Notes: generated from the sequence alone by a model not told the origin. Counted from the first letter of the stretch, positions 1 to 9,629 are shown. The stretch is 64,000 nucleotides of DNA from Bacteroidales bacterium (GCA_017540505.1 JAFYAW010000005.1:2197-66196); one strand, 5' to 3'. Numbers and translations: made by a program.

Positions 1-1
1 T

Positions 2-532
2 AATGGATACTCCCCGCTTGAGGAATTCGATTTGCGTTACATTATGTCAATAGGTACTAAATTCGACACCCTGTACGAACATGTTGTCCGTCATATAGAT
101 GCCGATGACACCATTCATTATACGACCAAAGGCGCATTCCTCGTTCATTATAACTTCCATCCGCTTTCTTTCAGAGTGGATTGTTATGTGGATTTGGATA
201 AAGATACGGAAAACGATTACCAGACAGTGGTGACCTGTACCAATAGTGGTGTGGATGACTATGCAGAAGAGAATGGCGTGGGCTTGAAGCAGAACGAGCC
301 GAATCCTGCGTCCGACCATACGCGTATTTCGTACGTGCTGCCGGAGGACGGTGCCGCTAATATCAGTATCTATTCCACTTTGGGACAGCAGCTGTATTCG
401 CAAGACCAGTCCGGCACAAAGGGCCAGAACTATCTGGATGTGAACACTTCCAACTGGGCGGCGGGTGTTTATTACTACACCTTGTCCTTCAAAGACACTT
501 CGATAACCAAGAAGATGGTTATTCAAAAATAA
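2..532 (+). CDS. 3' part of a secreted protein ending in a T9SS type-A (Por) C-terminal sorting domain; the 5' end lies outside the window
   Basis: The frame is open from nt 2 with no upstream stop. The last ~85 aa (LKQNEPNPASDHTRISYVLPEDGAANISIYSTLGQQLY...AAGVYYYTLSF...KKMVIQK) fit the TIGR04183-type CTD pattern. A terminator follows. Confidence 0.7.
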   Translation, partial: NGYSPLEEFDLRYIMSIGTKFDTLYEHVVRHIDADDTIHYTTKGAFLVHYNFHPLSFRVDCYVDLDKDTENDYQTVVTCTNSGVDDYAEENGVGLKQNEPNPASDHTRISYVLPEDGAANISIYSTLGQQLYSQDQSGTKGQNYLDVNTSNWAAGVYYYTLSFKDTSITKKMVIQK

Positions 533-553
533 TCGTCTTTTTAACATATCGCG

Positions 554-584
554 AACTACCCGAGTAACATCGGGTAGTTTTTTT
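554..584 (+). terminator. Rho-independent terminator
   Basis: A 9-bp stem AACTACCCG/CGGGTAGTT with an 8-nt loop runs into a T7 tract, 22 nt after the stop codon. Confidence 0.7.
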
Positions 585-613
585 ATCAGAATATTCATAA
601 TAAGACAAATAAA

Positions 614-1804
614 ATGGAGAATTCCCTGAATGTTGTAAAAAATAGATTTCTTGTCCTGTTTTTCTGTCTTGGGGCTTTGATGGTGAATGGGCAGGTTATT
701 ACGGGGGCGGAGCGAATGGAAGAGTATCTCCCGTTGATAGAGGGGAAGCGGGTGGCCGTTTGCGGCAACCAGACCTCTATGGTAGGAGATGTGCATCTGG
801 TGGACACGTTGCTGGCCCGCGAGGTGAAGCTTGTCAAGTTGTTCTGTCCGGAGCACGGGTTCCGGGGCAAGGCTGAGGCGGGTGCGCATATCGCCTCTGG
901 AACAGATCCGAAAACGGGCCTTCCCATCATCTCTTTGTATGGAAAGAACAAAAAACCTCTTCCGGAACAGTTAAAGGATGTGGATGTGATTCTTTTTGAC
1001 CTTCAGGATGTTGGATGTCGATTCTATACATACATCTCCACATTGCATTATGTGATGGAGGCGGCAGCGGAGAATAGTGTGAAGGTTATCGTGCTTGACA
1101 GACCGAACCCCAACGGCTATTTTGTGGATGGTCCGGTGCTGGACCTCAGTTTCAGGTCTTTCGTGGGTATGCATCCTGTGCCGGTGGTGTATGGCATGAC
1201 GATAGGGGAGTATGCCCGGATGATCAACGGGGAGGTTTGGCTGGCCAATGGATTTCAATGTGATCTGACGGTTATTGCTTTGGGAAATTACACTCATAGC
1301 ACCCGCTATAATCTGCCGGTGTCGCCATCGCCCAATCTCCCGAATGCGGAGTCTATATATCTCTATCCGTCGCTCTGCTTGTTTGAGGGTACTAATATCA
1401 GCGTGGGCAGAGGCACGGACCTTCCATTCCAGATATTCGGTGCGCCAGGCCTGCAGACAGGTACTTTCCAGTTTACGCCAACGCCCATACCGGGTGTGTC
1501 GGAAAATCCGCCGCATAAGGGGAAAGAGTGTCGCGGATATTATCTGAAGGAGTTTGCCACAGAGAATCTTGATTCCGTCAATTGTTTCAATCTGGAGTTC
1601 CTTCTTACGGCATACAAGTATTATAGCGACAAGGAGCATTTTTTCACCAGCCCGAGCTTCTTTGACAAGTTGGCTGGCACCGACCAATTGCGCAAACAGA
1701 TTGTGGCGGGCAGAAGTGCGGAGCAGATTCGTGAGTCCTGGCAAGAACCATTGAAGGAATTCAAAGAGATGCGTGCAAAATATCTGCTGTATCCCGATTT
1801 CTGA
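614..1804 (+). CDS. DUF1343 family protein (NamZ-like exo-beta-N-acetylmuramidase)
   Basis: Signal-like N-terminus. The motifs GKRVAVCGNQTS, LFCPEHGFRG, LFDLQDVGCRFYTY and VLDRPNPNG are recalled from the DUF1343 family. Confidence 0.75.
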   Translation: MENSLNVVKNRFLVLFFCLGALMVNGQVITGAERMEEYLPLIEGKRVAVCGNQTSMVGDVHLVDTLLAREVKLVKLFCPEHGFRGKAEAGAHIASGTDPKTGLPIISLYGKNKKPLPEQLKDVDVILFDLQDVGCRFYTYISTLHYVMEAAAENSVKVIVLDRPNPNGYFVDGPVLDLSFRSFVGMHPVPVVYGMTIGEYARMINGEVWLANGFQCDLTVIALGNYTHSTRYNLPVSPSPNLPNAESIYLYPSLCLFEGTNISVGRGTDLPFQIFGAPGLQTGTFQFTPTPIPGVSENPPHKGKECRGYYLKEFATENLDSVNCFNLEFLLTAYKYYSDKEHFFTSPSFFDKLAGTDQLRKQIVAGRSAEQIRESWQEPLKEFKEMRAKYLLYPDF

Positions 1805-1808
1805 AAAA

Positions 1809-3635
1809 CTACCTCTTCTCTTCTGGCGTGACGGCCACGCGGCGGTTGCTGTTGTCGTTCATCACCTGCCACACGATGTCCTTGACCATCTGTTTCAGCT
1901 CGTTGATGAACTGTCCGGCATTGTATTTGTGCTGCTCAATTTCGCGCAGTTTCTTCTCCCAGATACCGGTGAGCTCGGCACTTTTGAGAAGTTCTTCATG
2001 GATCAGTCCTATAAGCTCGATACCGGTGGGGGTCGGCACAAGACTCTTGCGTTCCTTGCGGATGTAATGCCGTTTGAACAGTGTCTCGATGATGGCGGCG
2101 CGGGTGGAGGGCCGTCCGATGCCGTTCTCCTTCATGGCCTCGCGCAGCGACTCGTCCTCGATATTCTTGCCGGCGGTCTCCATGGCGCGCAGCAGGGTGG
2201 CCTCGGTGTAAGGCTTCGGCGGCGTGGTCTTTTTCTCTGTCAGCTGGGGCTTGTGCGGTCCGTGCTCGCCTACCGTGAAGACGGGCAGGATGCGCTCCTC
2301 GTTCTTGGTCTCGTCGTCTTTGTCTTTCTTGTCCTCCCCATCGCTTTTAGCCGGCTTGATGACCGTGCGCCATCCTGGCTCTAAAATCTGCTTGCCTCCC
2401 GCCTTGAAAGCCACACCGTTTACATCTCCCATGACTGTGGTCTGCGAAAACACGCAGTCGGGATAGAAGACGGCGATGAAATGACGGCACACCTCGTCAT
2501 ATACGCACTGTTCGTCCGGAGTGAGCGACTGCGGGGCCACACCCGTGGGGATGATGGCGTGGTGGTCGGTGACCTTGCTGCTGTCGAAGACCTTCTTGCT
2601 CTTCGGGAGCTTCTTGCCCAACAGCGGGGCTGTCAGGGTGGCGTATGGTGTCAGCCCTTGGAGTATTTTCGGACATTTGGGGTAGATGTCGTCGCTGAGG
2701 TAGGTGGTGTCCACACGGGGATAGGTGGTGAATTTCTTCTCATAGAGTCCCTGGATGAGTTGCAGCGTCTGGTCGGCGGAGAAGCCGTAACGCTTGTTGC
2801 ACTCCACCTGCAGCGAGGTGAGGTCGTAGAGGCGTGGCGGCGCTTCCTTGCCATTTTTGGTGGTGATATCCGTAACAGTGAACTCGTGACCGAGAATGCG
2901 TTGCAGGTCGGCCTGGCCCTGCTCGGCGGACGGGTACTTGCCCTTGACGGCCGTGAAGGTGGTGTCGCGGTAAAGGGTGGTGAGCACCCAGTAGGGCTGT
3001 GGCTGGAAGTTGTGGATTTCCCAGTACCGGTTGACGATGAGTGCCAAGGTGGGCGTTTGCACCCGCCCGATGGAGAGCACTTGTCGGTTTTGGCCGTATT
3101 TGAGTGTGTATAGGCGTGTGGCGTTCATGCCCAAAAGCCAGTCCCCGATGGCACGCGACAGTCCTGCCTCGTATAGCGACTGGTATTCAGACTGCTCTTT
3201 CAACGAGGAGAATCCTTCGCGGATGGATTCCTCGGTCAGGGAGGAGATCCAGAGGCGGGAAACGGGGCATGTGGCGCGGGCCTTCTGCATCACCCAGCGT
3301 TGAATGAGCTCGCCCTCCTGGCCGGCATCCCCGCAGTTGATGATGCGGTCGGCCTTCTGCATCAGCTGCTCGATGATATGGAACTGCTTGGTTATGGTGG
3401 GGCTATCGATGAGCTTGATGCCGAAACGGGGCGGTATCATGGGCAGGCGGCTCAGGGCCCACGGCTTCCACAGCGGGGTGTAGTCGTGCGGCTCCTTGAG
3501 GGTGCACAGATGTCCGAAGGTCCACGTCACCTGGTAGCCGTTGCCCTCCATGTAGCCGTCGTGCGACTGCGTGGCCCCGATCACGCGGGCGATGTCCTTG
3601 GCAACACTTGGCTTTTCGGCGATACAGACAATCAT
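1809..3635 (-). CDS. topB: DNA topoisomerase III (type IA)
   Basis: Toprim N-terminus MIVCIAEKPSVAKDIA, YQVTWTFGHL and a type-IA core throughout; 608 aa. Confidence 0.85.
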   Translation of the reverse strand: MIVCIAEKPSVAKDIARVIGATQSHDGYMEGNGYQVTWTFGHLCTLKEPHDYTPLWKPWALSRLPMIPPRFGIKLIDSPTITKQFHIIEQLMQKADRIINCGDAGQEGELIQRWVMQKARATCPVSRLWISSLTEESIREGFSSLKEQSEYQSLYEAGLSRAIGDWLLGMNATRLYTLKYGQNRQVLSIGRVQTPTLALIVNRYWEIHNFQPQPYWVLTTLYRDTTFTAVKGKYPSAEQGQADLQRILGHEFTVTDITTKNGKEAPPRLYDLTSLQVECNKRYGFSADQTLQLIQGLYEKKFTTYPRVDTTYLSDDIYPKCPKILQGLTPYATLTAPLLGKKLPKSKKVFDSSKVTDHHAIIPTGVAPQSLTPDEQCVYDEVCRHFIAVFYPDCVFSQTTVMGDVNGVAFKAGGKQILEPGWRTVIKPAKSDGEDKKDKDDETKNEERILPVFTVGEHGPHKPQLTEKKTTPPKPYTEATLLRAMETAGKNIEDESLREAMKENGIGRPSTRAAIIETLFKRHYIRKERKSLVPTPTGIELIGLIHEELLKSAELTGIWEKKLREIEQHKYNAGQFINELKQMVKDIVWQVMNDNSNRRVAVTPEEKR

Positions 3636-3647
3636 ACGCGTTTCCGG

Positions 3648-4028
3648 CTATTTGTTCTCTGTTAAAGTGGTAAGGATAACCGACATCTTGGAAAAAACGG
3701 TGTCGTTGTTCGACACAACAACTTTTACTTGAAAGCTGTTATCCTCTAAAGGTTCCCATGTCAGGTGGTAGTCCACCTGCTCGTGTTCATTAGGCCGGAT
3801 AATCTGGATGAACTTGATGCTTTTGGCCTGCGAAAGGATATATTCCTGCTGGTGGATATGTGAAAATAGGTCGATGGCGATTTGCACCACGCACACGCCC
3901 GGCGTGATAGGGTCGTTGGGGAAATGGCCGCCATATATGGGATGCAACGGATTCAGCCCAACTGTGAAAGTGGCTTCACTATCGTTAATGGTTTTAGAAT
4001 CAATGTGGAATAATGTATCAAGAAACAT
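3648..4028 (-). CDS. FabA/FabZ-like hotdog 3-hydroxyacyl-ACP dehydratase (aryl-polyene-type cluster)
   Basis: The GGHFPNDPITPGVCVVQ motif is typical of FabZ-type dehydratases; 126 aa; cluster context. Confidence 0.7.
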   Translation of the reverse strand: MFLDTLFHIDSKTINDSEATFTVGLNPLHPIYGGHFPNDPITPGVCVVQIAIDLFSHIHQQEYILSQAKSIKFIQIIRPNEHEQVDYHLTWEPLEDNSFQVKVVVSNNDTVFSKMSVILTTLTENK

Positions 4029-4036
4029 GGTTGTCG

Positions 4037-4681
4037 TTATTTGAACAGCGAATCCGAAAGGCTCAGGTTGGTCTTTTTATCGGAGAAGGTAATGGTGGTG
4101 GTGTCACCGCTGACCTCCTGCATGACCACTTTGTCGGCCAGCAGCGTTTTGGCATCCAGCGTGATGGTCATCTTAGTGTAGTATGCTTTGATGCGCTTGT
4201 TGACAGGGGTTAGCACGACTGTTATGGTGCCGGTTTTGCTGTTTTTATAATATTTTGCACTGAAATTGGTGGCGTCATTCAGGAAACTGCCGTTGATGGT
4301 GCCGATAATCATCGTTCCCATCTCGTTGAGCATCTTGTTGGGGTTCTGGACGGTGCCTTTGTCGGTCTTCAGCAACACTTTGCCATTGGCGAAAATGACC
4401 GTCATGGCTTTGGGCGATGTGTATTCCCAACGGAGCATCTTGGGGGATTTGTAGTTTAGCTTGCCTTTTTGGACAGCATCTTCCGTGAAGAGTGCGGAGC
4501 TCTTCCGCTGGGTGAATTGCGCACTCAGGGAGGTCATTTGCTTGTGGGCTTTCTCAATGGAGGCCGTCAGCGCACTGCGCTTGTCGCCAGTCTGCTCCAC
4601 ATCGCCGGCACTCTGGGCCTGCAACATCATGCACGATAGAAGTAGGGTGAATAGGAAGAGTGTTTTTTTCATAAGGTTCAT
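4037..4681 (-). CDS. LolA-like outer-membrane lipoprotein carrier family protein
   Basis: Signal peptide MNLMKKTLFLFTLLLSCMMLQAQS, an SLSAQFTQ motif, size near 210 aa, and the position that LolA-like genes take in APE clusters. Confidence 0.65.
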   Translation of the reverse strand: MNLMKKTLFLFTLLLSCMMLQAQSAGDVEQTGDKRSALTASIEKAHKQMTSLSAQFTQRKSSALFTEDAVQKGKLNYKSPKMLRWEYTSPKAMTVIFANGKVLLKTDKGTVQNPNKMLNEMGTMIIGTINGSFLNDATNFSAKYYKNSKTGTITVVLTPVNKRIKAYYTKMTITLDAKTLLADKVVMQEVSGDTTTITFSDKKTNLSLSDSLFK

Positions 4682-4862
4682 TTTTCAAACGCGGTTTGCT
4701 GTGACGGTGTTGTGAGCGATATGTTTAATTTTTTCCGAACAATCCTATAATTGTTTTTAATTAGATGTATTGGAGAACGATAATTGTTTTATTATATTGT
4801 GTTTTCAATAAAATTTTTATAATAAAATTAAAATAAATGTTTAAAATAATCTGATAATCAGA

Positions 4863-5219
4863 CTATTTTACAATGAAGAAAACCCCAATCATGATGATGA
4901 CGACCCCGATCCAGCGGGTGAGCGGCACGGCTTCGTGGAAGACAAACTGCGCGGCTATCAGCCCGATGATGTAGCTGATGGACAGTAACGGGTATGCCAC
5001 GCTGAACTCGTAGTGCTTCAGCACGTACATCCAGACCAGCATGGCGGACAAGGCGCAGAGGCCCGATGCCGCGAACTGCCAGGTGGTGAACACCGTCTTG
5101 AAGTAGGACCACGACCAGGAGAAGCTCCCGAATAGCTCCACGGAGATTTTCAGGAACGATTGTGCGGCCACTAACAGGACGGATTGTACTATAATCAATA
5201 TGATGAGTAGAATGGTCAT
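4863..5219 (-). CDS. Small 4-TM membrane protein (SMR/EamA-half, ArnE/F-like)
   Basis: 118 aa, almost entirely hydrophobic helices. Its start overlaps the upstream stop in an ATGA arrangement, suggesting translational coupling. Confidence 0.55.
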   Translation of the reverse strand: MTILLIILIIVQSVLLVAAQSFLKISVELFGSFSWSWSYFKTVFTTWQFAASGLCALSAMLVWMYVLKHYEFSVAYPLLSISYIIGLIAAQFVFHEAVPLTRWIGVVIIMIGVFFIVK

Positions 5220-7498
5220 TTTGATAGGAGTGTTAGGGCTTGGTCTTTGTTTTTAAAATGATTGAAGACCAAAATATTATGCGGGTTTTGAATTTCGGGG
5301 GCGGGATGGTAGAGCAGGTGGTTGGGAATGCGTCCGCGATGCAGGCATACAGCTCCGGCATAGAGTCCGAAAGCGGAGGCGCAGAAGGATTCACCGAAAA
5401 GATGCTTGTACCAGACGATGGGGATGTTGGGACAGAACTTCTGGTGGAAATCCTTATATACGAGGTCGTTGTCATTATCTCCACTGATGCCCATGACCAC
5501 GGCATCCACGTCGGAAAGCGTAATGCCGGCGCGGTTGAGCATCTCTTGAAGGATGTTACGCATCTCCTCATCGGAAGGCTGGTACAACATCCTCATGTCG
5601 TGGATGGCGCAGAGGGTGTTGCCGTCCCGCTGGTTTGTGAGCAGCATGTTCAGCGAGCAGCTGCCCGAGAACGAACCTTGCCGGTCGGAGGCTCGGAGCG
5701 CATCGGGCGAGATGTCGCCGTTTCTCCAATATCCGATCTTGCCTAACATCTCGAAATAGGCGGGGGTCATCTCCTCCTGGCCGCCCACGAGGGCGTTGCG
5801 GATGCGCCCGTGCCGTATCTGCGTGAGCGCGTCCAACAGCCCGCTGTCAAACGAGGTGCCGCGGTGCGAGTAGGTGCAGTTGTACCCGTGGCATTGGAGC
5901 TGGAGCGCCACCTGCGAGCTGATGGTGTTGTGCGTTGATTGCATGAAATAGGTGGGCTGCAGGTACTCCTCGCCGTTTTCTAACATGGAGACAAGGAATT
6001 TCTCTGTATTCTCAATACAGCCCAGTCCCGTGCCGGTGATGATGGCCTCCGGGATTGTCTCCCCTAAAGCCTGCTTGGCGGTGACGATAGCCCGTTTGAG
6101 CAGTTTCCCGAGGCGGCGGGCCACCATGGGAGGAAAGTGGTTTTTATAGTCGGGATCGTTGGATTCGTTGTAGGGTTGCGTGTGCGGTACCGGCATGTCG
6201 AACCAGTCGTCGCAGAGGGGTTGTTGGATGGAGATTTGCGCCACGGACTGGATGTAGCATGGCGATGTCTCGGGGAACGGGACAACGGGAGCGGCATTTT
6301 CAGGAATAGAGAAGATGCAGGAGGAGTCGTTGCCGCCGAATCCGAACGAGTTGGTGAGCACATGCTGCAATCCAGCCGGTTGGAGGACGTGGTCCACGGG
6401 GCGGAAGTTGTGTTTGTCGATGGCGTTTTGGAATCCTATGTTGGCGGGGATGAACTGATGTTGCAGAGCCAAAATGGAGATGACGCTTTCCACGCCGCCG
6501 GCGGCACTGGTGGTGTGTCCGGTGTAGGATTTTGTGGATGAGACGGGTGGCACGGTGTCGCCGAAGATGCGCATCATGGCGATGCCTTCACATTCGTCGT
6601 TGTTGCCAGTGCCGGTACCGTGCGCGTTGATGTAGTCGATGTCGGACGGTTGCAGGCCGCTTTGTTCCAACGCCTGACGCATGGCCAAGAAGGGCCCTTC
6701 GCCGTTAGGGGAGGTGGCGGTCTGGTGGTAGGCGTCGCAGGCGTTGCCGTAGCCAGAAAGTACGCACAAAGGCTTGATGTTGCGCTCGCAGGCACTCTCC
6801 GCACGCTCAATCACGAGGTAGGCGGCCCCTTCGCCGAGGTTCAGCCCATGACGGTCCGCGTCGAAGGGACGACAGGGCTGCGGGTCCAGAATCATCAGCG
6901 TGTTGAAGCCGTTGAGGTGGAAGGCAGAGAGGCACTCCGTGCCACCCACAACGGCCATGTCCACTTGTCCCGAGCGGATGAGGTCGGCGCCGAGGATGAT
7001 GGCGTTGGCCGCCGAGGAGCAGGCTGTGGAGATGGTGGTGATGAGGCTGAACTTGCCGGCATACTCTTCGGCAATCAGGTCGGTACAGGCTCCGCAGTCG
7101 TGCATAGCGATGTATTCCTTATGCTCTTCGTTAGTGCGGAAGTCATGGTAATAGCGCTCGCTCTTCTCCATGCCGCCGACAGTATTGCCGGAGATGAAGG
7201 CGATGCGCTTCCCGTCGGCGGTATCGGTCAGGTGTGCGTCCTCTATGGCTTCGCGCAAGGCCACACGGCCTAACAGGGATGTGCGGGTGATGATCCGGTC
7301 ATCGGGGAATCCGATGAGCGCCCTCAGCTCCTCATCGCTGTAGGGCACCTCGCCCACGGGCAGGTCCTTGTGCCGGGTTTGCAGATGACGGATGGGGGCG
7401 ATGGCTCGCTCTCCGGCCATCAGCATGCGGAGGGTGGACTCTTTGCCAGCCCCCAAAGCGGAAATAATCCCCATGCCGGTCACCACAATGCTGCCCAT
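5216..7498 (-). CDS. Fused beta-ketoacyl synthase plus chain-length-factor-like (KS-CLF) protein
   Basis: The N-terminal half has a Cys-His-His triad (ISTACSSAANAI, INAHGTGTGNND, YTGHTTSAAG). The C-terminal ~350 aa is KS-like but has no active-site Cys; 760 aa. Confidence 0.8.
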   Translation of the reverse strand: MGSIVVTGMGIISALGAGKESTLRMLMAGERAIAPIRHLQTRHKDLPVGEVPYSDEELRALIGFPDDRIITRTSLLGRVALREAIEDAHLTDTADGKRIAFISGNTVGGMEKSERYYHDFRTNEEHKEYIAMHDCGACTDLIAEEYAGKFSLITTISTACSSAANAIILGADLIRSGQVDMAVVGGTECLSAFHLNGFNTLMILDPQPCRPFDADRHGLNLGEGAAYLVIERAESACERNIKPLCVLSGYGNACDAYHQTATSPNGEGPFLAMRQALEQSGLQPSDIDYINAHGTGTGNNDECEGIAMMRIFGDTVPPVSSTKSYTGHTTSAAGGVESVISILALQHQFIPANIGFQNAIDKHNFRPVDHVLQPAGLQHVLTNSFGFGGNDSSCIFSIPENAAPVVPFPETSPCYIQSVAQISIQQPLCDDWFDMPVPHTQPYNESNDPDYKNHFPPMVARRLGKLLKRAIVTAKQALGETIPEAIITGTGLGCIENTEKFLVSMLENGEEYLQPTYFMQSTHNTISSQVALQLQCHGYNCTYSHRGTSFDSGLLDALTQIRHGRIRNALVGGQEEMTPAYFEMLGKIGYWRNGDISPDALRASDRQGSFSGSCSLNMLLTNQRDGNTLCAIHDMRMLYQPSDEEMRNILQEMLNRAGITLSDVDAVVMGISGDNDNDLVYKDFHQKFCPNIPIVWYKHLFGESFCASAFGLYAGAVCLHRGRIPNHLLYHPAPEIQNPHNILVFNHFKNKDQALTLLSK

Positions 7499-7504
7499 GA
7501 CGCT

Positions 7505-7762
7505 TTATTTTGTGCGGTTTGCTTGGATGTATTCGGCCATGACACGCACGGATTTGAAAATCTCCTTGCCTTGCTCGGCGTTGGCCAGCTTGATGCCGTA
7601 GTTCTTGTCCATGAGCACGATGAGTTCCAGTGCGTCGATAGAGTCCAGTCCGAGACCTTCCCCGAAGAGGGGTGCGTTCTCGTCGATATCGGCGGGCGTC
7701 ATGCCTTCTAAGTTCAACACGTCAATAATGCCTTCTTTTAATTCTAAAATCAAATCTTCCAT
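7505..7762 (-). CDS. Acyl carrier protein
   Basis: 85 aa with the phosphopantetheine-site motif GLGLDSIDALELIV. Confidence 0.85.
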   Translation of the reverse strand: MEDLILELKEGIIDVLNLEGMTPADIDENAPLFGEGLGLDSIDALELIVLMDKNYGIKLANAEQGKEIFKSVRVMAEYIQANRTK

Positions 7763-7794
7763 GTTATTGTGTTATATTTTAAAAATGATAAATT

Positions 7795-7829
7795 CTCTAA
7801 ACTCTAAACCCTCAACTCTCAACTAATTG
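7795..7829. repeat. Degenerate heptamer array (CTCTAAA)2 CCCTCAA CTCTCAA CTAATTG
   Basis: Read directly from the sequence. It overlaps the last 5 codons and the stop of the KS gene. Its reverse complement belongs to the same GAGTTKA family as 62801-62835. Confidence 0.8.
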
Positions 7830-9629
7830 ATAAAGGAACATCCTCACATCACACCTCCCCTCATCATAGTCCACCCAGCCGCAGATGAGGTGCTTGAGTT
7901 CGGGGTTCGCGGCCAAGGTCTGCACGGCTATGCGTTCCAAACGCTCGGGTGCGAAGTCGGGGAAGATGAGGAAGGAAGTCTCCCCGCCGATTTTGTGCCG
8001 GATGGCGATTTCGCCGGTGACGATGTTGGCCAACGTATAGACGAAGATGGCCGGGCTGGGGTAGTAGTTGCCCGCATCTCGGATGGTGGTCTGGTAATGG
8101 CGGTCGTCGTCCAAGGAAGACGCTTGGTTCATCAGCAGGATGCCCCAGTCTTCCTTGACCTGTTCGCGGTCGAAGTCCACGTCGCGCAGCAGGATTTCGG
8201 CGGCGAGGATGCCGGCCTTGCACAGGTTGTCCATCTTGAAGAATTTGGGGTACTGCATCCCGCTGGCGTGGTAGATGTCGGCCAGCCAGTTCTCGCATTG
8301 TACCCCGCGGGTGATGAAGGTTTCCCCGTTCAGGATGACCGCGTTATCCGTGATTTGGCACGTTGAGGCGATATGATGTTCCTGTAGAGACGCGATTAAT
8401 CGCGTCTCTACGGTTGACGGTTCGTTGGTTTTTGATTCAGACGCGATTAATCGCGTCTCTACAACGGATGATGGTTCGTTGGTGTGTGTGTGGTTTTCCA
8501 TCAGCAATGCCGCGTTGCTGCCGCCGAAGCCGGAGATGAGCTTCAGGAAGGTGTTGCCGTCGGTGGGCTGGTTTTGCAGGCTCACGTTGAGGCTTTGGAC
8601 GGTGCCGGGTTGTTCGGTGCCGAGTGTTCTGAGGATGGTGTGATGCTTGAGGGCCTGGTGCGACAGGATGGTTTCCAGCACGCCGGCAGCGCCTAAGGTG
8701 TGCCCGAAATAGCCTTTCAGACTGTTGACGGGTGTGTCTTGCAGGCCTGCGCGGTTGACGGCCACCGATTCCATGTCGTCGTTGTACAGGGTGGCGGTGC
8801 CGTGGGCGTTGATGAAGGCCAGACGGGAAAGGTCGTGCCCGTCGGTGACTTTGCGGATGGAGCGCAGAAGGCCTTCGCCCGTGCGGGAGGGCCCGGAGAT
8901 GTGGTTGGCATCGTTGTTGATGGCTCCGGCACGGAGAATCAGGGTGTTGTCGGGCAGGGCGATGTCGTCATCATCAATAGTATAGACGATGGCGGCGGCG
9001 GCTTCTCCCAAATTGAGACCGCAGCGGTTCGTGTCGAAGGGTTGGCATCGCTCTTTTGAGAGGGCCTTGAACGACTGGAAGCCGGAAACGATGAATTTGG
9101 AGAGTGTCTCGGCCCCGACGACTACAGCATATTTGTAGCCGCCGTGGCGGAGCAGGTTGGCAGCCGTTATCTGGGCGGCGCATCCGGAGATGCATGCGTT
9201 GCTGACCACCACCGGGGTGTTGGGGTTGTCAAAGAACTCAGCGATGAGTTGTGCCGAACGCCACAGATAGACGCGCTCCGGTTCGTATGGATTGTCTTCC
9301 AGCAGATCCACATTGCCCTTGGTGGTGGAGAGGATGAAGACGACATTGTCGCGGTCGGCGGCGATGTTGGCCTCTCCGATGGCCTGGCTGGCGGCGACGA
9401 TGGCGGCTTTTTCCATTCGGGTGTAACCGGCGGTGCCGCAATCCCACAGGGCGCTGAAAGCCTGGTCAAGGCGCTCCTCTTCAAAAAGGGAGAGGAAAGA
9501 TGGCTCGGGCAGTCCGAAGGCATGTTCGTAGTATTGCAGGCGGCTCTCTCCGCGAAGCACGGCCTCGAAGTTGCCGTGACTGGTCATGGCAAGGGGGGAA
9601 ATGATGCTGTCTCCAATACTGTAAATCAT
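7812..9629 (-). CDS. Beta-ketoacyl synthase fused through a palindrome-derived linker to a ~190-aa KS-partner-like domain
   Basis: KS triad SNACISGCAA, INAHGTATLYND, GYFGHTLGAAG, with the KS domain ending at GFGGSNAALLMEN. A 38-aa repeat linker follows, then a C-terminal domain (YPKFFKMDNLCKAGILAAEILL...). The ATG at 9629 (MIYSIGDS) is preferred over the GTG at 9650. Confidence 0.75.
   Translation of the reverse strand: MIYSIGDSIISPLAMTSHGNFEAVLRGESRLQYYEHAFGLPEPSFLSLFEEERLDQAFSALWDCGTAGYTRMEKAAIVAASQAIGEANIAADRDNVVFILSTTKGNVDLLEDNPYEPERVYLWRSAQLIAEFFDNPNTPVVVSNACISGCAAQITAANLLRHGGYKYAVVVGAETLSKFIVSGFQSFKALSKERCQPFDTNRCGLNLGEAAAAIVYTIDDDDIALPDNTLILRAGAINNDANHISGPSRTGEGLLRSIRKVTDGHDLSRLAFINAHGTATLYNDDMESVAVNRAGLQDTPVNSLKGYFGHTLGAAGVLETILSHQALKHHTILRTLGTEQPGTVQSLNVSLQNQPTDGNTFLKLISGFGGSNAALLMENHTHTNEPSSVVETRLIASESKTNEPSTVETRLIASLQEHHIASTCQITDNAVILNGETFITRGVQCENWLADIYHASGMQYPKFFKMDNLCKAGILAAEILLRDVDFDREQVKEDWGILLMNQASSLDDDRHYQTTIRDAGNYYPSPAIFVYTLANIVTGEIAIRHKIGGETSFLIFPDFAPERLERIAVQTLAANPELKHLICGWVDYDEGRCDVRMFLYQLVES
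8384..8492. repeat. Tandem REP-like unit (x2) containing GTAG-headed perfect palindromes, followed by (TG)5
   Basis: GTAGAGACGCGATTAATCGCGTCTCTAC at 8384-8411 is a perfect 28-bp palindrome. A second copy has a perfect 20-bp core at 8439-8458. Each copy is followed by GGTTCGTTGGT, with a period of 51-54 nt. (TG)5 lies at 8483-8492. Confidence 0.9.

Noticed and set aside
1809-3635. topB considered as a marker of an integrated conjugative element
   Set aside because: No integrase, relaxase, tra or mob genes and no att-like repeats are nearby. The gene is packed 12 bp behind the cluster dehydratase.
8384-8411. The 28-bp palindrome considered as an intragenic terminator or inverton boundary
   Set aside because: No T-tract follows it on either strand. 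A single perfect palindrome has nothing to invert between its arms. The reading frame is maintained through both copies.
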